Positions 35,185 through 44,861 of a DNA stretch of 64,000 nucleotides are shown here, piece after piece. This DNA is from an uncultured Gemmatimonadaceae bacterium. Its GTDB lineage: Bacteria; Gemmatimonadota; Gemmatimonadetes; Gemmatimonadales; Gemmatimonadaceae. Made by a program: the position numbers and the translations under genes. The DNA is taken from positions 192,001 through 256,000 of the forward strand of contig CAWAGQ010000010.1 in NCBI GenBank assembly GCA_963781585.1, in the 5' to 3' direction. The notes beneath the pieces are model-generated. The model made no database searches, was not told where the DNA came from, and was given only the letters and a program-made list of their open reading frames with translations. Position 1 is the first letter of the stretch, and the number at the start of each line of letters is the position of its first letter.

Positions 35185-35697
35185 ATGTCAGACCGTCTTA
35201 AAGACGTCCCTCGCCGCCAATTCCTGCAGACATCCGCGGCGGCCCTGGGGGTCGTGGCAACAGGCAAGTGGGCTATGCTCCGCGACGCGATCGCGCGCGC
35301 CCGCGAGACCCAGAAGCCGGTGCTGTCCGAGGCCGCGATGAGCGCGTACCTCCAGAAGGTCCGCAGCGGCGGCACCGCGGCGCAGCTGGCGTTCCTGACC
35401 GCGGTCAAATCGGACGTCCGGGCGTTTCTGCGCAACAACTTCACCTTGACCACGGCGCAGGACAAAGGCGTGACGGCGTTCACCTCCACCGACATTTCGA
35501 CGATCGCCAACGCGGCCACACGCGGGTTCACGGCGCGGAACGAGTTCAACGTCCGCTTTGCGACGACGTCGACGACCAACGTGGCGGCGCCGAACTGCGC
35601 GATCACGGCGAAGAAGGATACCCGGCTGCAGGACGGCGTTACCTCCGAGGTCTGGACGGTGTCGTCCGTTCAGTACTGCCCGTACGGGGCGTGCTGA
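35185..35697 (+). CDS. Tat-signal, Thr-rich hypothetical protein ending CPYGAC
   Basis: GGGAG RBS; PRRQFLQ twin-arginine motif followed by a hydrophobic stretch; 170 aa. Confidence 0.8.
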   Translation: MSDRLKDVPRRQFLQTSAAALGVVATGKWAMLRDAIARARETQKPVLSEAAMSAYLQKVRSGGTAAQLAFLTAVKSDVRAFLRNNFTLTTAQDKGVTAFTSTDISTIANAATRGFTARNEFNVRFATTSTTNVAAPNCAITAKKDTRLQDGVTSEVWTVSSVQYCPYGAC

Positions 35698-37136
35698 GGT
35701 CCGTACCTCGTTCATCGCCGCGCCGGGCGAGCCGACGAACGCTCCTGGCGCTAATCTGGCTCACACTCGGCGCGGCGTGCGTGGCGAGGATAGGTCGCCT
35801 GGCGGCGTTCATGCTCGATCCCACCCGGGACCAGGACTCGGTGCGGCCGGAAAGCGCCTTCTACGTGCCGCACTCCTGTCTCACGGCGCACTTCCGGGCG
35901 GCGACGCTGGAGCGCGCGGGTGCGGCCAACATCTATGACGCGTCGCGCTATGTATCAAGCGACGAGAGGCCGGTCGCGATCGAGGGGTTCGATTGCGACG
36001 TCTACCTGTATCCTCCCACAGCCTTGCTGTTGCCTCGCCTGGCGCTGGCGATGTCTCCGCGCTTCCGCACCTGGCGAACCGTCTGGTTCTTCGTCGACCT
36101 CGTATTCGTCAGCGTCGCGCTCCTCGTGGTATCGCGCCACGTCTTCTGCGGACGGGGCGCTCCAGACAGAATGGCCGCACATCCGGATGGCGAGGCTTCG
36201 CGCGACACGTGGAGGCCCGCCCTGGTGCTCCCCCTGGTGCTCCCCCTGGTGCTGGTGGCCCCGACCACACTCCTCGCCCTGCAGATCGGGAACGCGCATC
36301 TGGTGGTTGTCGCCGCCGCCGTGCTGGGCATGGTTGCTTTCGACCGGGATGCGCATGCTCTGGGTGGCGCGCTGTTAGGCTGGGCGACGATGACGAAGCT
36401 CTTTCCGGGAATCCTGCTCCTGGTCCTGCTCCTGCAACGTCGCTGGCGTAGCTCTCTCTGGACACTCGGCGTCATGATCGCCATCACGGTCACGAGCCTG
36501 CTCGTGTCAGGCGCGGACCCGTTTCGCGCGTACGCGTTCTATCAGATGCCACGGCTGGCGAGCGGGGAAGCGCTGGCATCAGTATTCGCATACGCCCAGA
36601 GTGCACTCGTGAATGACGGCGTCCTCGGGATCTCGGGAAAGCTGATGCTGTTGACGGCACCCGACATTGGCCGGCCCTTGCAGGCGCTCTACGCCGCGCT
36701 GCTGGTGTTCCTGGTGTTCCTCGCCACGCGCGTCAGGCAGGAGCCACGCTGGCGTGTGCTCGTCTGGATCGCGCTCGTGCAGCTCGCATCGCTCCAGTCA
36801 CCGTTCGTGCCGGACGTGTACGCCCACTTCGGCTGGCTCTGGATGCTCGCCCTCATGCTGGTGACGGAATCTCCCTGGCGCTGGCGCGTTCCAGCGTTGG
36901 TGATCGCTATCCTCGTGGCTGCACGTCAGGACGTGGACCTGCGCGTGGCGAGCGAGACGTGGCGCGCGACGCTCTCCCTGGTGCAGCAGCTTGGCCTGCT
37001 CGCGGTCACGATGGTGGTGATGTGGCGCGGGTGCACAGTGCGTTCCCTGGGCCGTCAATCGCGCGACCGTCACCTCTCGCTGAACCAGGTCTTCGACGCG
37101 TCGGTGAACAGCAGCGCCACCGCCAGAACACCATGA
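35691..37136 (+). CDS. GT87 (DUF2029)-like GT-C membrane glycosyltransferase
   Basis: GTG 35691 overlaps the upstream stop; NIYD, YLYPPTALLL, LQIGN, MTKLFPGILL and many TM helices; start inferred. Confidence 0.8.
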   Translation: MLRSVPRSSPRRASRRTLLALIWLTLGAACVARIGRLAAFMLDPTRDQDSVRPESAFYVPHSCLTAHFRAATLERAGAANIYDASRYVSSDERPVAIEGFDCDVYLYPPTALLLPRLALAMSPRFRTWRTVWFFVDLVFVSVALLVVSRHVFCGRGAPDRMAAHPDGEASRDTWRPALVLPLVLPLVLVAPTTLLALQIGNAHLVVVAAAVLGMVAFDRDAHALGGALLGWATMTKLFPGILLLVLLLQRRWRSSLWTLGVMIAITVTSLLVSGADPFRAYAFYQMPRLASGEALASVFAYAQSALVNDGVLGISGKLMLLTAPDIGRPLQALYAALLVFLVFLATRVRQEPRWRVLVWIALVQLASLQSPFVPDVYAHFGWLWMLALMLVTESPWRWRVPALVIAILVAARQDVDLRVASETWRATLSLVQQLGLLAVTMVVMWRGCTVRSLGRQSRDRHLSLNQVFDASVNSSATARTP

Positions 37137-37315
37137 GAACCTCTCGACGGTTGCGGTGCCCAGTGGGAAGATCGACCAGTTCCTGGTCGAGCCGCCTGGC
37201 TGAGGACGCCTCGCTCGTCGGCGTGGTCGCCGACTGGACGCAGAAGACAACCTTGCCGGCAGGCCCGGTCGGCGTGGCTTGATGGGTCGGAGCCAATGGC
37301 TCCGCTGTACGTCCA

Positions 37316-37966
37316 TCACGGTCCAAGAACGATCTTGCGCGCGAAAAACGCCTCCGCCACTCCCTGACTCGCGCGGCATTCATTCCCCCGGATGTGGGCG
37401 AGGCCACGAAAGGTCTCGGCCGTGAACCACGGCTTTTCCCGCTGGGTGGGAAACGCTGCCATCAGGTTCGCGATCTTGGCCTCCAGATCCCTCCGGAAAA
37501 GGGGCACAAAGACGTTAGGCGAGCCGAGATCGGCGTCGAACTTGGGGATCTCGTACTCGAGGATGACGTGGTCCCGGAAGTGATTCCAGGTCAGCTCGCT
37601 GACGATGCGATGGTCCTGGTGCCGATCCTGCCCCGCGTGGGTGAAGACGATATCCGGCCTGACGCGTCTCGCCAGATCGGCAAACCAGGTCTTGATCGCA
37701 GCCCACTCGGCCGGGAAGAAGCCGTCCGGAAAGTCGCATAGCTCGACATCGTGGGGCCCACCACCCACGAACAACGTCGCCCCCCGCCGTGCCTCAACGG
37801 CGCGACAGTCGAATGCACTCAGCACGGCCCAATGCACCCGCAGCTCGGGGTACTGCGCGCGCAGCGTCAGCAGCGTACCGCCGCACCCGATTTCGATGTC
37901 GTCGGCGTGGGCGCCCAGGCACAGCACGCTGGCGGGGGGCTTGGGCCCCAGAGAGAACGAACGCAT
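37316..37966 (-). CDS. PIG-L/LmbE family deacetylase
   Basis: GAHADDIEIGCGGT and DRHQDH zinc motifs. Confidence 0.92.
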   Translation of the reverse strand: MRSFSLGPKPPASVLCLGAHADDIEIGCGGTLLTLRAQYPELRVHWAVLSAFDCRAVEARRGATLFVGGGPHDVELCDFPDGFFPAEWAAIKTWFADLARRVRPDIVFTHAGQDRHQDHRIVSELTWNHFRDHVILEYEIPKFDADLGSPNVFVPLFRRDLEAKIANLMAAFPTQREKPWFTAETFRGLAHIRGNECRASQGVAEAFFARKIVLGP

Positions 37967-37983
37967 CGCGGCGCGGCTCGGGG

Positions 37984-39288
37984 TCAGGCCGCCTGAAGCG
38001 CGCGTTCGGCGGCGCGCTCACCGCTGATGAAGCTCTCGTCGGTCCACATGTACCCCCAGTCGCCATAGCGCCCGCAATAGGAGATGCCGACGTCATCGAG
38101 AAACCCGTGGACCGTCTCGACGGCGCAGGCACGCTCGAGATCGAAAATGACGTTTGCGTATGGGATGACCATCGCGTCCTGATGGACGATCGTGTCGTCG
38201 TCGCGCAGGACGCCACATTTGCGGAGATCGCGGATGACCGGATCGATCAGGGTCTCGGGCGCGACGGTGAGCGGCTTGTACTTGCGCGAGAAGTACACCT
38301 CGGCCTGGATGCTTCCGGTGCCGGGGGGGGCGTTGTTCGGCGAGAACATGTGCGGGAAACTCGCCCGCGCAAAACAGATGTCCTCGTCATAGAAGTACGT
38401 CATGTGTGCCGGGGAAACGTCGCTCCGGGCGACGCCGAGGTTGACCAGCACACAGGTGGAACAGGCAAGCCGCTCGGCCGCATCCACCACGTCCCGAGGC
38501 GCTCCCGCGATCATCGGGATCAGCTCCGGCAGCGGGATCGAGGACACAACGTTCTCGTACCGCACACGCACGCCGTTGCCGAACGTCAGCTCCCGGGTCT
38601 TCGGCTCGATCGCGACCAGCTCGTGCCGCAGTCTCAGTTCCGCCCGCGGGACGAAGTTGCGCAGGTAGGCCGAGAATCCCCCGACGGTCGGATACCGGAA
38701 GTTCGTGATGTAGTGGACGTGCGGCGCCGCCGGCGAGAGACTCCCGCGCAGCACCTCCTCCAGGCTGGGACGGTAGATCCGCGGTCCGAGCCAGTCGGTG
38801 CTCATGTTCTCGGCGGTCGTGAGATGGTACTTCCGCGTGTACTGCATCGGGAACGTTTCCGCGAACGTGCGGCCGAAGCTCGCCACGAGCCAGTCGGCGT
38901 AGTTCCGGATGGGACGCTCGCCGTCGCGCTCGGCTGCGACGAAGTCGGTAATGATCCTCGCCACCAGGTCAGCCGGCAAGCCGTGGAGGTGGAGCTGCAC
39001 CGGATGGAGCGGCCAGAAACCTCGCCAATAGTTGTTAAGGCATATCTCGATCGACTCGAACCGGTGATCGACGCTCTCGGCGAACAGATCCTGAATCCGC
39101 GGATCCTTGGTGAAGGAAATGTGCGGACCGATGTCGAAGACGAATCCGTCCTCGTGGCGGAACGAGTGAGTGTGCCCACCGTAGTACGGGTTCCTGTCGA
39201 ACAGCAGGGGACGCTCGCCTGCACCGTGCAGCCGGTATGCAGCGCCCAGCGCCCCCATCCCCGACCCCAGCACCACGATGTTTGCCAT
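37984..39288 (-). CDS. FAD-dependent oxidoreductase (UDP-galactopyranose mutase / HemY-like)
   Basis: IVVLGSGMGAL FAD motif, GGHTHS, FDIGPHISFT, YTRKY, CGRYGDWGY; GGAG RBS. Confidence 0.85.
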   Translation of the reverse strand: MANIVVLGSGMGALGAAYRLHGAGERPLLFDRNPYYGGHTHSFRHEDGFVFDIGPHISFTKDPRIQDLFAESVDHRFESIEICLNNYWRGFWPLHPVQLHLHGLPADLVARIITDFVAAERDGERPIRNYADWLVASFGRTFAETFPMQYTRKYHLTTAENMSTDWLGPRIYRPSLEEVLRGSLSPAAPHVHYITNFRYPTVGGFSAYLRNFVPRAELRLRHELVAIEPKTRELTFGNGVRVRYENVVSSIPLPELIPMIAGAPRDVVDAAERLACSTCVLVNLGVARSDVSPAHMTYFYDEDICFARASFPHMFSPNNAPPGTGSIQAEVYFSRKYKPLTVAPETLIDPVIRDLRKCGVLRDDDTIVHQDAMVIPYANVIFDLERACAVETVHGFLDDVGISYCGRYGDWGYMWTDESFISGERAAERALQAA

Positions 39289-39389
39289 CCGCGAATCTCC
39301 TTGGTGCGCGAACAAGGCCTGGCTCGTACAGACCCGGGCTCGGTAGGCGGTACCATCGCATGGCCCGCCAGGTCGGCCCCCTGGGGCGC

Positions 39390-40166
39390 CTAACGGCGCC
39401 ACACCTCCCACGGCGGATTGCCGTGGGCGTACAGCTCGTCCAACTCCTGCTTGTCCTTGAAGGTGTCCATCGCCTTCCAGAAGCCGTTGTACTCGTAGGC
39501 GAACAGCTGGCGGTCGGCAATGAGACGTTGAAAGGGCCCGTCCACGAGATCTTCGCCCGCGCGGAGGTAATCGAAGATCTCCCGGCGAAACACGAAGAAC
39601 CCTCCGTTCACGCGCAGCGGCGTGCACCGCACGTCCGCGAGCCGCGTGACCAGCCCGTCGGGGGCTGCTTCCACGTAGTGAAAGCTCAGATTGGGCGCGA
39701 CCGACGCGAAGCCCGCAATCCGGTTGCTCGCACGGAAACGCTCGAGGAATGCGTTGATATTGATATCGGAGACGCAGTCGGTGTAATTCGCCAGAAACAT
39801 CTCCTCGCCTTCGAGATACGGGCGCGCCAACCGCAGTCGCTCCCCAAGGGGTGATGAGGCGCCGGTGTCGGCGAAGGTGATCCGCCAGTCATGGATGTCC
39901 CTGTTCAGAAGCTCGACCCGGCGCCCGCCATCCTCAAAAACGAAGTCGTTCGAAAGACACTCGTCGTAGGTCAGGAAGTATTTCTTGATGACGTCCGCCT
40001 TGTAGCCCAGGCAGAGGACGAAATCGTGGTGACCGTAATGGGCGTACAGCTTCATCAGGTGCCAGAGGATCGGCCGGTATCCGATCGTCACCATCGGCTT
40101 CGGGATCGTGTCGTCGAAGTCGCGCAGTCGTGTCCCGAACCCACCGGAGAAGAGCACCACTTTCAT
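39390..40166 (-). CDS. rfbF: Glucose-1-phosphate cytidylyltransferase
   Basis: FSGGFGTR, PKPMVTIG.RPILWH, CLGYK, DTG, VNGGFFVF, FWKAMDTFKD; ATGA coupling with the upstream gene. Confidence 0.9.
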   Translation of the reverse strand: MKVVLFSGGFGTRLRDFDDTIPKPMVTIGYRPILWHLMKLYAHYGHHDFVLCLGYKADVIKKYFLTYDECLSNDFVFEDGGRRVELLNRDIHDWRITFADTGASSPLGERLRLARPYLEGEEMFLANYTDCVSDININAFLERFRASNRIAGFASVAPNLSFHYVEAAPDGLVTRLADVRCTPLRVNGGFFVFRREIFDYLRAGEDLVDGPFQRLIADRQLFAYEYNGFWKAMDTFKDKQELDELYAHGNPPWEVWRR

Positions 40167-41485
40167 TGGGTCCATCCCTCGCCTGTGCTGCGAACCGTGG
40201 CATCCGCCGCCGGCCAGCAGGTCTCTTGCTCGCGCCAGAGGCGGTCGCTCAGGCGCTCCGGCGGCATCGTGACATCGCCCCAGGTGAGCACCTCGTCCCG
40301 CGCCATGCTCCGTCGGAGCACCGCACCCTCGCACAAGCCCATCGGCAGAGCCTCGGCGCGGCGCGCCGCGCCGCGATTCTCGATCAACCCATACACGCAA
40401 TAGCCGCCGATCCCGTCGATGCGATCTCCGGCGCTGAGATCGCGCTTGGCGAGTGTCACGACCTCACAGCGCGGGCCGCCGAGCGAGGCCACCGTCGGAT
40501 CCCGGAACACCACCGCCCGCCCGATCGTCGACGCGATTTGCAGGTGAGGCAGATGAAATGGCGTGAAGAAGACGTGGAAGGGTCCGGCGCCCATCTTGTA
40601 GTAGGCCAGCTGCGTGCGCTTGAGGGCGTTCTCCTCGTGAATCACCACGAAGGCCCCGGTGTGCGGCGCGGCGCCCAGGGCGTAGTCCACGATGCCCCCG
40701 CCAAGGAGATCGGCCGCCGGGAGGAGTTCGGCCATCTCGCGAACGTGCGCGCATCGAGGTCCGTACATTCCCCGCCGTCCCACGCCGAATCCGGTCGCAT
40801 TGGCCAGGACCGTCGTCTCCATCGAGAGCTTGGTCGCGTCCGCAAATGACGTCACCTTGCGCACGTCCTGATCGTGCTGCTTCGCGAACGCCGCCTGTGT
40901 GTCCGGGTTGCGGTAGTGATCCACCATCCCCTTGATGTTCCCCGCCGCGACCGGACGAAGGCCCAGGGTACGCAGGTAACGAAACAGCGTCATCGCCACG
41001 CCGGGCTCGTCGCCGTCGGTGTTGGTCAGCACGACGCCGGCGCGGTCGGCGTGGGCCTTGAGCAACGGGCCGAGCGTGGAGTCCAGCTCGGCGTTCACGA
41101 TCACCGTGTGCTTCCCGTGGGCGATGGCGTCGAGCACGACCTCCGCAGCGAAGTCCACGGTGCCCGTGGCCTCCACCACCAGATCCACCTCGGGGCACCG
41201 CACCACGGCAGTGGGATCGTCGGTCAGCACGGGAATCCCCCGGTGGATGCTGTCGGCAATCGCCGCCGGCGAATCTGGTGACTCCCAGGCGAGGATTCCG
41301 GCGTCCCGGAAGGCGCGTTCGGCGTGCGACGGCGTGCGGTTGGCGATCGCCGCGAGACGCATTCCCGGCACCGGCGTCCCCAATTGAAGGGCGATCGCGC
41401 GACCGGTCGCTCCCGCGCCGATCATGCCGACCCGAATCGGCCGACCCTCGGCTTCCCGCAGTCTCAGTGCGATGTCCAGGTTCAC
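40163..41485 (-). CDS. Homoserine dehydrogenase-like NAD(P)-dependent oxidoreductase with C-terminal SAF domain
   Basis: VGMIGAGATG, VEATG, NAELD, DGDEPG, SFADATK, AKRDLSAGDRIDGIGGY. Confidence 0.88.
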   Translation of the reverse strand: MNLDIALRLREAEGRPIRVGMIGAGATGRAIALQLGTPVPGMRLAAIANRTPSHAERAFRDAGILAWESPDSPAAIADSIHRGIPVLTDDPTAVVRCPEVDLVVEATGTVDFAAEVVLDAIAHGKHTVIVNAELDSTLGPLLKAHADRAGVVLTNTDGDEPGVAMTLFRYLRTLGLRPVAAGNIKGMVDHYRNPDTQAAFAKQHDQDVRKVTSFADATKLSMETTVLANATGFGVGRRGMYGPRCAHVREMAELLPAADLLGGGIVDYALGAAPHTGAFVVIHEENALKRTQLAYYKMGAGPFHVFFTPFHLPHLQIASTIGRAVVFRDPTVASLGGPRCEVVTLAKRDLSAGDRIDGIGGYCVYGLIENRGAARRAEALPMGLCEGAVLRRSMARDEVLTWGDVTMPPERLSDRLWREQETCWPAADATVRSTGEGWTQ

Positions 41486-42030
41486 GATTCGATACTCTGC
41501 AGATCACTTGCCAGCGGCCACCCGCGGTCCTGCTCGGAGACGGCGGACACCGGCATGGGCCAGCGTACGCCGAACGCCGGATCATCGAACCGGACCCCGC
41601 GCACCGCGTCGGGCGCGTAGAAAGCGGACGTGTGGTACATGATCTCCGTGGACGCCTCGAGGGTCTGGTATCCGTGCGCGCAATGTTCCGGGACGAGGAG
41701 CATCCGGCCATTTTCTGCGCTGAGCATGGCTCCAAACCAACGCCTGAACGTCGGTGACCGGGGCCGGAGGTCAACGACGACGTCAAACACCGAGCCGCGT
41801 GTGCACCGCACCAGCTTCGCTTCCACCGCCGGCGTCGCCTGATAGTGGAGACCTCGCACGGTGCCCTGCAGCGCCGTGTATCCCATGTTCGCCTGCACCG
41901 GCGTGAATGCGATCCCATGATCCGCGAACTCCCGTGCGCACCAGGCCCGCATGAATCGCCCACGTGTGTCCAGATGCGGTGTCGGATCGATCACCCAGGC
42001 ACCGGCGATAGGGGTTTCAGAGAAGTTCAC
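41482..42030 (-). CDS. rfbC: dTDP-4-dehydrorhamnose 3,5-epimerase family protein
   Basis: DTRGRF, GTVRGLHYQ, EAKLVRCTRG, DVVVDLR, AHGYQTL, FDDPAFGVRWP. Confidence 0.92.
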   Translation of the reverse strand: MNFSETPIAGAWVIDPTPHLDTRGRFMRAWCAREFADHGIAFTPVQANMGYTALQGTVRGLHYQATPAVEAKLVRCTRGSVFDVVVDLRPRSPTFRRWFGAMLSAENGRMLLVPEHCAHGYQTLEASTEIMYHTSAFYAPDAVRGVRFDDPAFGVRWPMPVSAVSEQDRGWPLASDLQSIES

Positions 42031-42958
42031 GTCGCGCGTCGAGCCTCCGGGCGATCCTGCGAGCGCCCCGGCGCATCGTCCATCCCGACGCCAGCTCGGT
42101 GAACAGCTCGTCGCGATTCCAACGCATCAGGCGCAGAACGTACCGGTAAAGGCGGAGCCGGTCAGCTCCGCCGAGTGGGGCGCGCCGGATCGCGGAAAAG
42201 AAAGCCGCGTAGCGTCTCCAGAGATGGAGGACGATCTGCAGTTTTCTCTGCGGGTCGGTGAACTCCAGCTGATGCGCGACGGCTTCGCGGCTCGGTCCCT
42301 TCTTCCAGCTCGACGCCTCCGGATGGAATCTTCGGAAGAAGAGACGCTCGGGATACTCGTAGTACTTCCCGTAGAGGGTCAGCTCGGCCAGGAGGTTCAG
42401 ATCGCAGGAAATGTGGTCGCCCAGCAACGCCGTGCGCGCCAGCGCGTCCCGACGGATGAGGCCCAGGTGTTGGTGGCACAGCCCGATGCGCTCAAGCAGC
42501 GCGACGAACCGATCCGCAGGATTCTCCTGCATCAGGTGGAGACGGTCCTCGTAGGGCTCGACCTCGTTGCCGCGGGCATCCACGATCATCGTCTTGGGAT
42601 AACACAGCACGATGCCCGGATCGTCCTCCATCACCGCAAAGGTCTTCTCCAGCATCGTCGGCGCCCAGACGTCGTCGGACGTACTCCACTTCAGATACTT
42701 GCCGCGAGAAAGCTCAAAGACCCGGTTGAAGTTGCGGTTGGCGCCCAAGTTCTCGGGGTTGCGAAAGTACCGGATGCGTGGATCTCGCGCCGCGTACTCA
42801 CGGCAGATCGCATCCGTGTCGTCTGTCGACGCGTTGTCACAGATTACGAGTTCGAAGTCGCCGAACGACTGCGCGAGCAGCGAATCGAGCGAATGCCGGA
42901 TGTACTTCGCACGGTTGTAAACGGGAAGGCCGACGGTGATCGGGACTTCGGCCGACAT
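42017..42958 (-). CDS. GT2 family glycosyltransferase
   Basis: VGLPVYN, ICDNASTD, NLGANRNFN, WSTSDD. Confidence 0.92.
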   Translation of the reverse strand: MSAEVPITVGLPVYNRAKYIRHSLDSLLAQSFGDFELVICDNASTDDTDAICREYAARDPRIRYFRNPENLGANRNFNRVFELSRGKYLKWSTSDDVWAPTMLEKTFAVMEDDPGIVLCYPKTMIVDARGNEVEPYEDRLHLMQENPADRFVALLERIGLCHQHLGLIRRDALARTALLGDHISCDLNLLAELTLYGKYYEYPERLFFRRFHPEASSWKKGPSREAVAHQLEFTDPQRKLQIVLHLWRRYAAFFSAIRRAPLGGADRLRLYRYVLRLMRWNRDELFTELASGWTMRRGARRIARRLDARRELL

Positions 42959-43186
42959 GGGGACTCCAGGGGGCAATCACAGTTGTAGCGTCGGTCCCTG
43001 TATCGAGGCGGACGCGATGAGAACGTCGACGATGCAGGATCAGAGTCCGGGTTGCGTGACCGAACGCGCTCCGGGGGCGCCCGCCATCCTGCCCGCATTG
43101 CGGCATCCAGATGAACGAGCAAGACCCGCGCCACCGGCGCTGGAACGGTGCGAAATACAAGGGATGTGGGGCGATACGGCCCCGGG

Positions 43187-44740
43187 CTATCCCAGGGGAG
43201 CTCCCGCGTCGGCGGGAACTACGGCCTCCGGCGGGCCCTCGTGGCCCGAGCTGCCATGTCGCAGCTGGCGAAGGAGTTCCACGATTCGATCGACCCGCTT
43301 GCGATGCAGGAGCGCCAGCGCCGCCGTGTAGGTAACGGCACCTGTGGCTACCAATAGCGCGACCGTGCCCAAGCCGGGCGACGATGCCACGATAGTTCGT
43401 CTCACGAACCACACGACAGCGGCCATGATGAGAGAAGCGCTTGTCGCCGGCCAGAGTGACCGCAAGTACTCCCCGGCTGACAGGTCGATCTGCCGCAGCG
43501 CCCGCCAGAGTATCACGGCGACGTAGAACGGATGTACGATCATCCACGCGAGGGCGACACCGACGAGTCCCCAGCGGGTGGCAATCAGGAACGCGAGGGG
43601 AAGAACCACCGCCGTCACGACCCCGACGTACATCGAGAATCGCGTCGCGCGGGTGACCACCAGCACTTGCGACGGGAGCGGACTGATGGACCGAACGGCA
43701 GCATAGACGGCCAGCAATTGAAGCGGGGCCACCGCCGCCCCCCACTTGGCGCCTAACGCCACCGGAACGAGGACGGGCGCGACAAGCGCCAGCCCGAGCG
43801 TGGACGGGAAGGTGACGAGCGCGAGCCCCTCGGTCAGTCGCAGGAGGTAGGTCCGCAGGCCGCGCGGGTCATCCTGCGTGGCCGACAGGAAGGCAGGTGT
43901 CACCGATCCGACCAGGCTCGCGATCTTTTCTCCCGGGATGTTGGCGAGGGTCCACGCAACCTGATAGACACCGAGTGTCGCCTGGCCAAGGACCCGGCCA
44001 ACCACCGTGAAGTCGGCGTTCGAGTACGCGAACCACGAGAGCCGCCCCACCACCAGTTGCTTGCTGAACGTGATGACGTGTCCCAGGCCGCGGCGCGGCA
44101 GGCGAACCGGCGTCGGTCGGCGCATGACGACCAGCGATGTGGAGATGAGGCTGCCGAGCAGCCCCGTGAACACAAGCGCCCAGTATCGAAAGCCCGCGAG
44201 CGCGAGGAGAACGGATGCGACAGCCGAGGCGATGGCCTGCGTCCCGTCGATCAGCGCGAGCAGACGAAAACGGAATTCCTTTTGAAGCCGGGCGTACGGT
44301 ACCGTCTTGAATGCGGTAATACCGAAGCCCGCGCTGAGTACGATGATGACCAGGGGCAATTCCCGGGATCCGAAAAAATGGCCGAGTGGCACCGCAAGCA
44401 GCACCGAGATGGCAATGGCGGTGAATCCCAGGATCACCGCCATCCCGTTCAGCTGGGCGATCTGGTCGTCCGTCAGCTCCCGTAGCGCGACGACGGAGGA
44501 CCCTATGCCGAACTCGCTGAGCAAGGTGATCAGACCGAGCAGAATCGCCGCCATTCCGACGACTCCGTAGTCGGAGGGGGACAGGATCCGCGCCACGACC
44601 AGCGTCGCGACCCAGGTGGTCGCCTGGGTGACCCATTTTACTCCGCCGACCCATGCGATCCCGTGCACCAGCCGACCTGCCTCGATGCGTCGAAGGTCGC
44701 GCTGTTCGTCGGGAGGGCGACGTCCAGCAGACGACGGCAT
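43187..44740 (-). CDS. Wzx/PST family polysaccharide flippase (WzxC-like)
   Basis: VARILSPSDYG, LQKEFRFR, GFRYWALV, NADFTVVGRVLG..LGVY, LGAKW; ~12 TM segments; start uncertain. Confidence 0.9.
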   Translation of the reverse strand: MPSSAGRRPPDEQRDLRRIEAGRLVHGIAWVGGVKWVTQATTWVATLVVARILSPSDYGVVGMAAILLGLITLLSEFGIGSSVVALRELTDDQIAQLNGMAVILGFTAIAISVLLAVPLGHFFGSRELPLVIIVLSAGFGITAFKTVPYARLQKEFRFRLLALIDGTQAIASAVASVLLALAGFRYWALVFTGLLGSLISTSLVVMRRPTPVRLPRRGLGHVITFSKQLVVGRLSWFAYSNADFTVVGRVLGQATLGVYQVAWTLANIPGEKIASLVGSVTPAFLSATQDDPRGLRTYLLRLTEGLALVTFPSTLGLALVAPVLVPVALGAKWGAAVAPLQLLAVYAAVRSISPLPSQVLVVTRATRFSMYVGVVTAVVLPLAFLIATRWGLVGVALAWMIVHPFYVAVILWRALRQIDLSAGEYLRSLWPATSASLIMAAVVWFVRRTIVASSPGLGTVALLVATGAVTYTAALALLHRKRVDRIVELLRQLRHGSSGHEGPPEAVVPADAGAPLG

Positions 44741-44861
44741 GTCCCTCACGTTCCCCCGTTCATAGGCGGCGAGGTCCTCTCCGGAACCCTCATCCGCGGC
44801 GCCACACGCAACACCCGGCACGCCTTCGGCGGCGCCCCGGGCGGCAATCTCCGGCGCCGCT

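Noticed and set aside
35268..35690. N-terminal 141 aa of the 622-aa ORF
   Set aside because: It overlaps the Tat protein out of frame and is Arg-rich junk; GTG 35691 is a more plausible start.
37133..37282. 49-codon ORF coupled to the GT87-like gene's stop (ATGA)
   Set aside because: No recognisable motif; too short to support without homology data.
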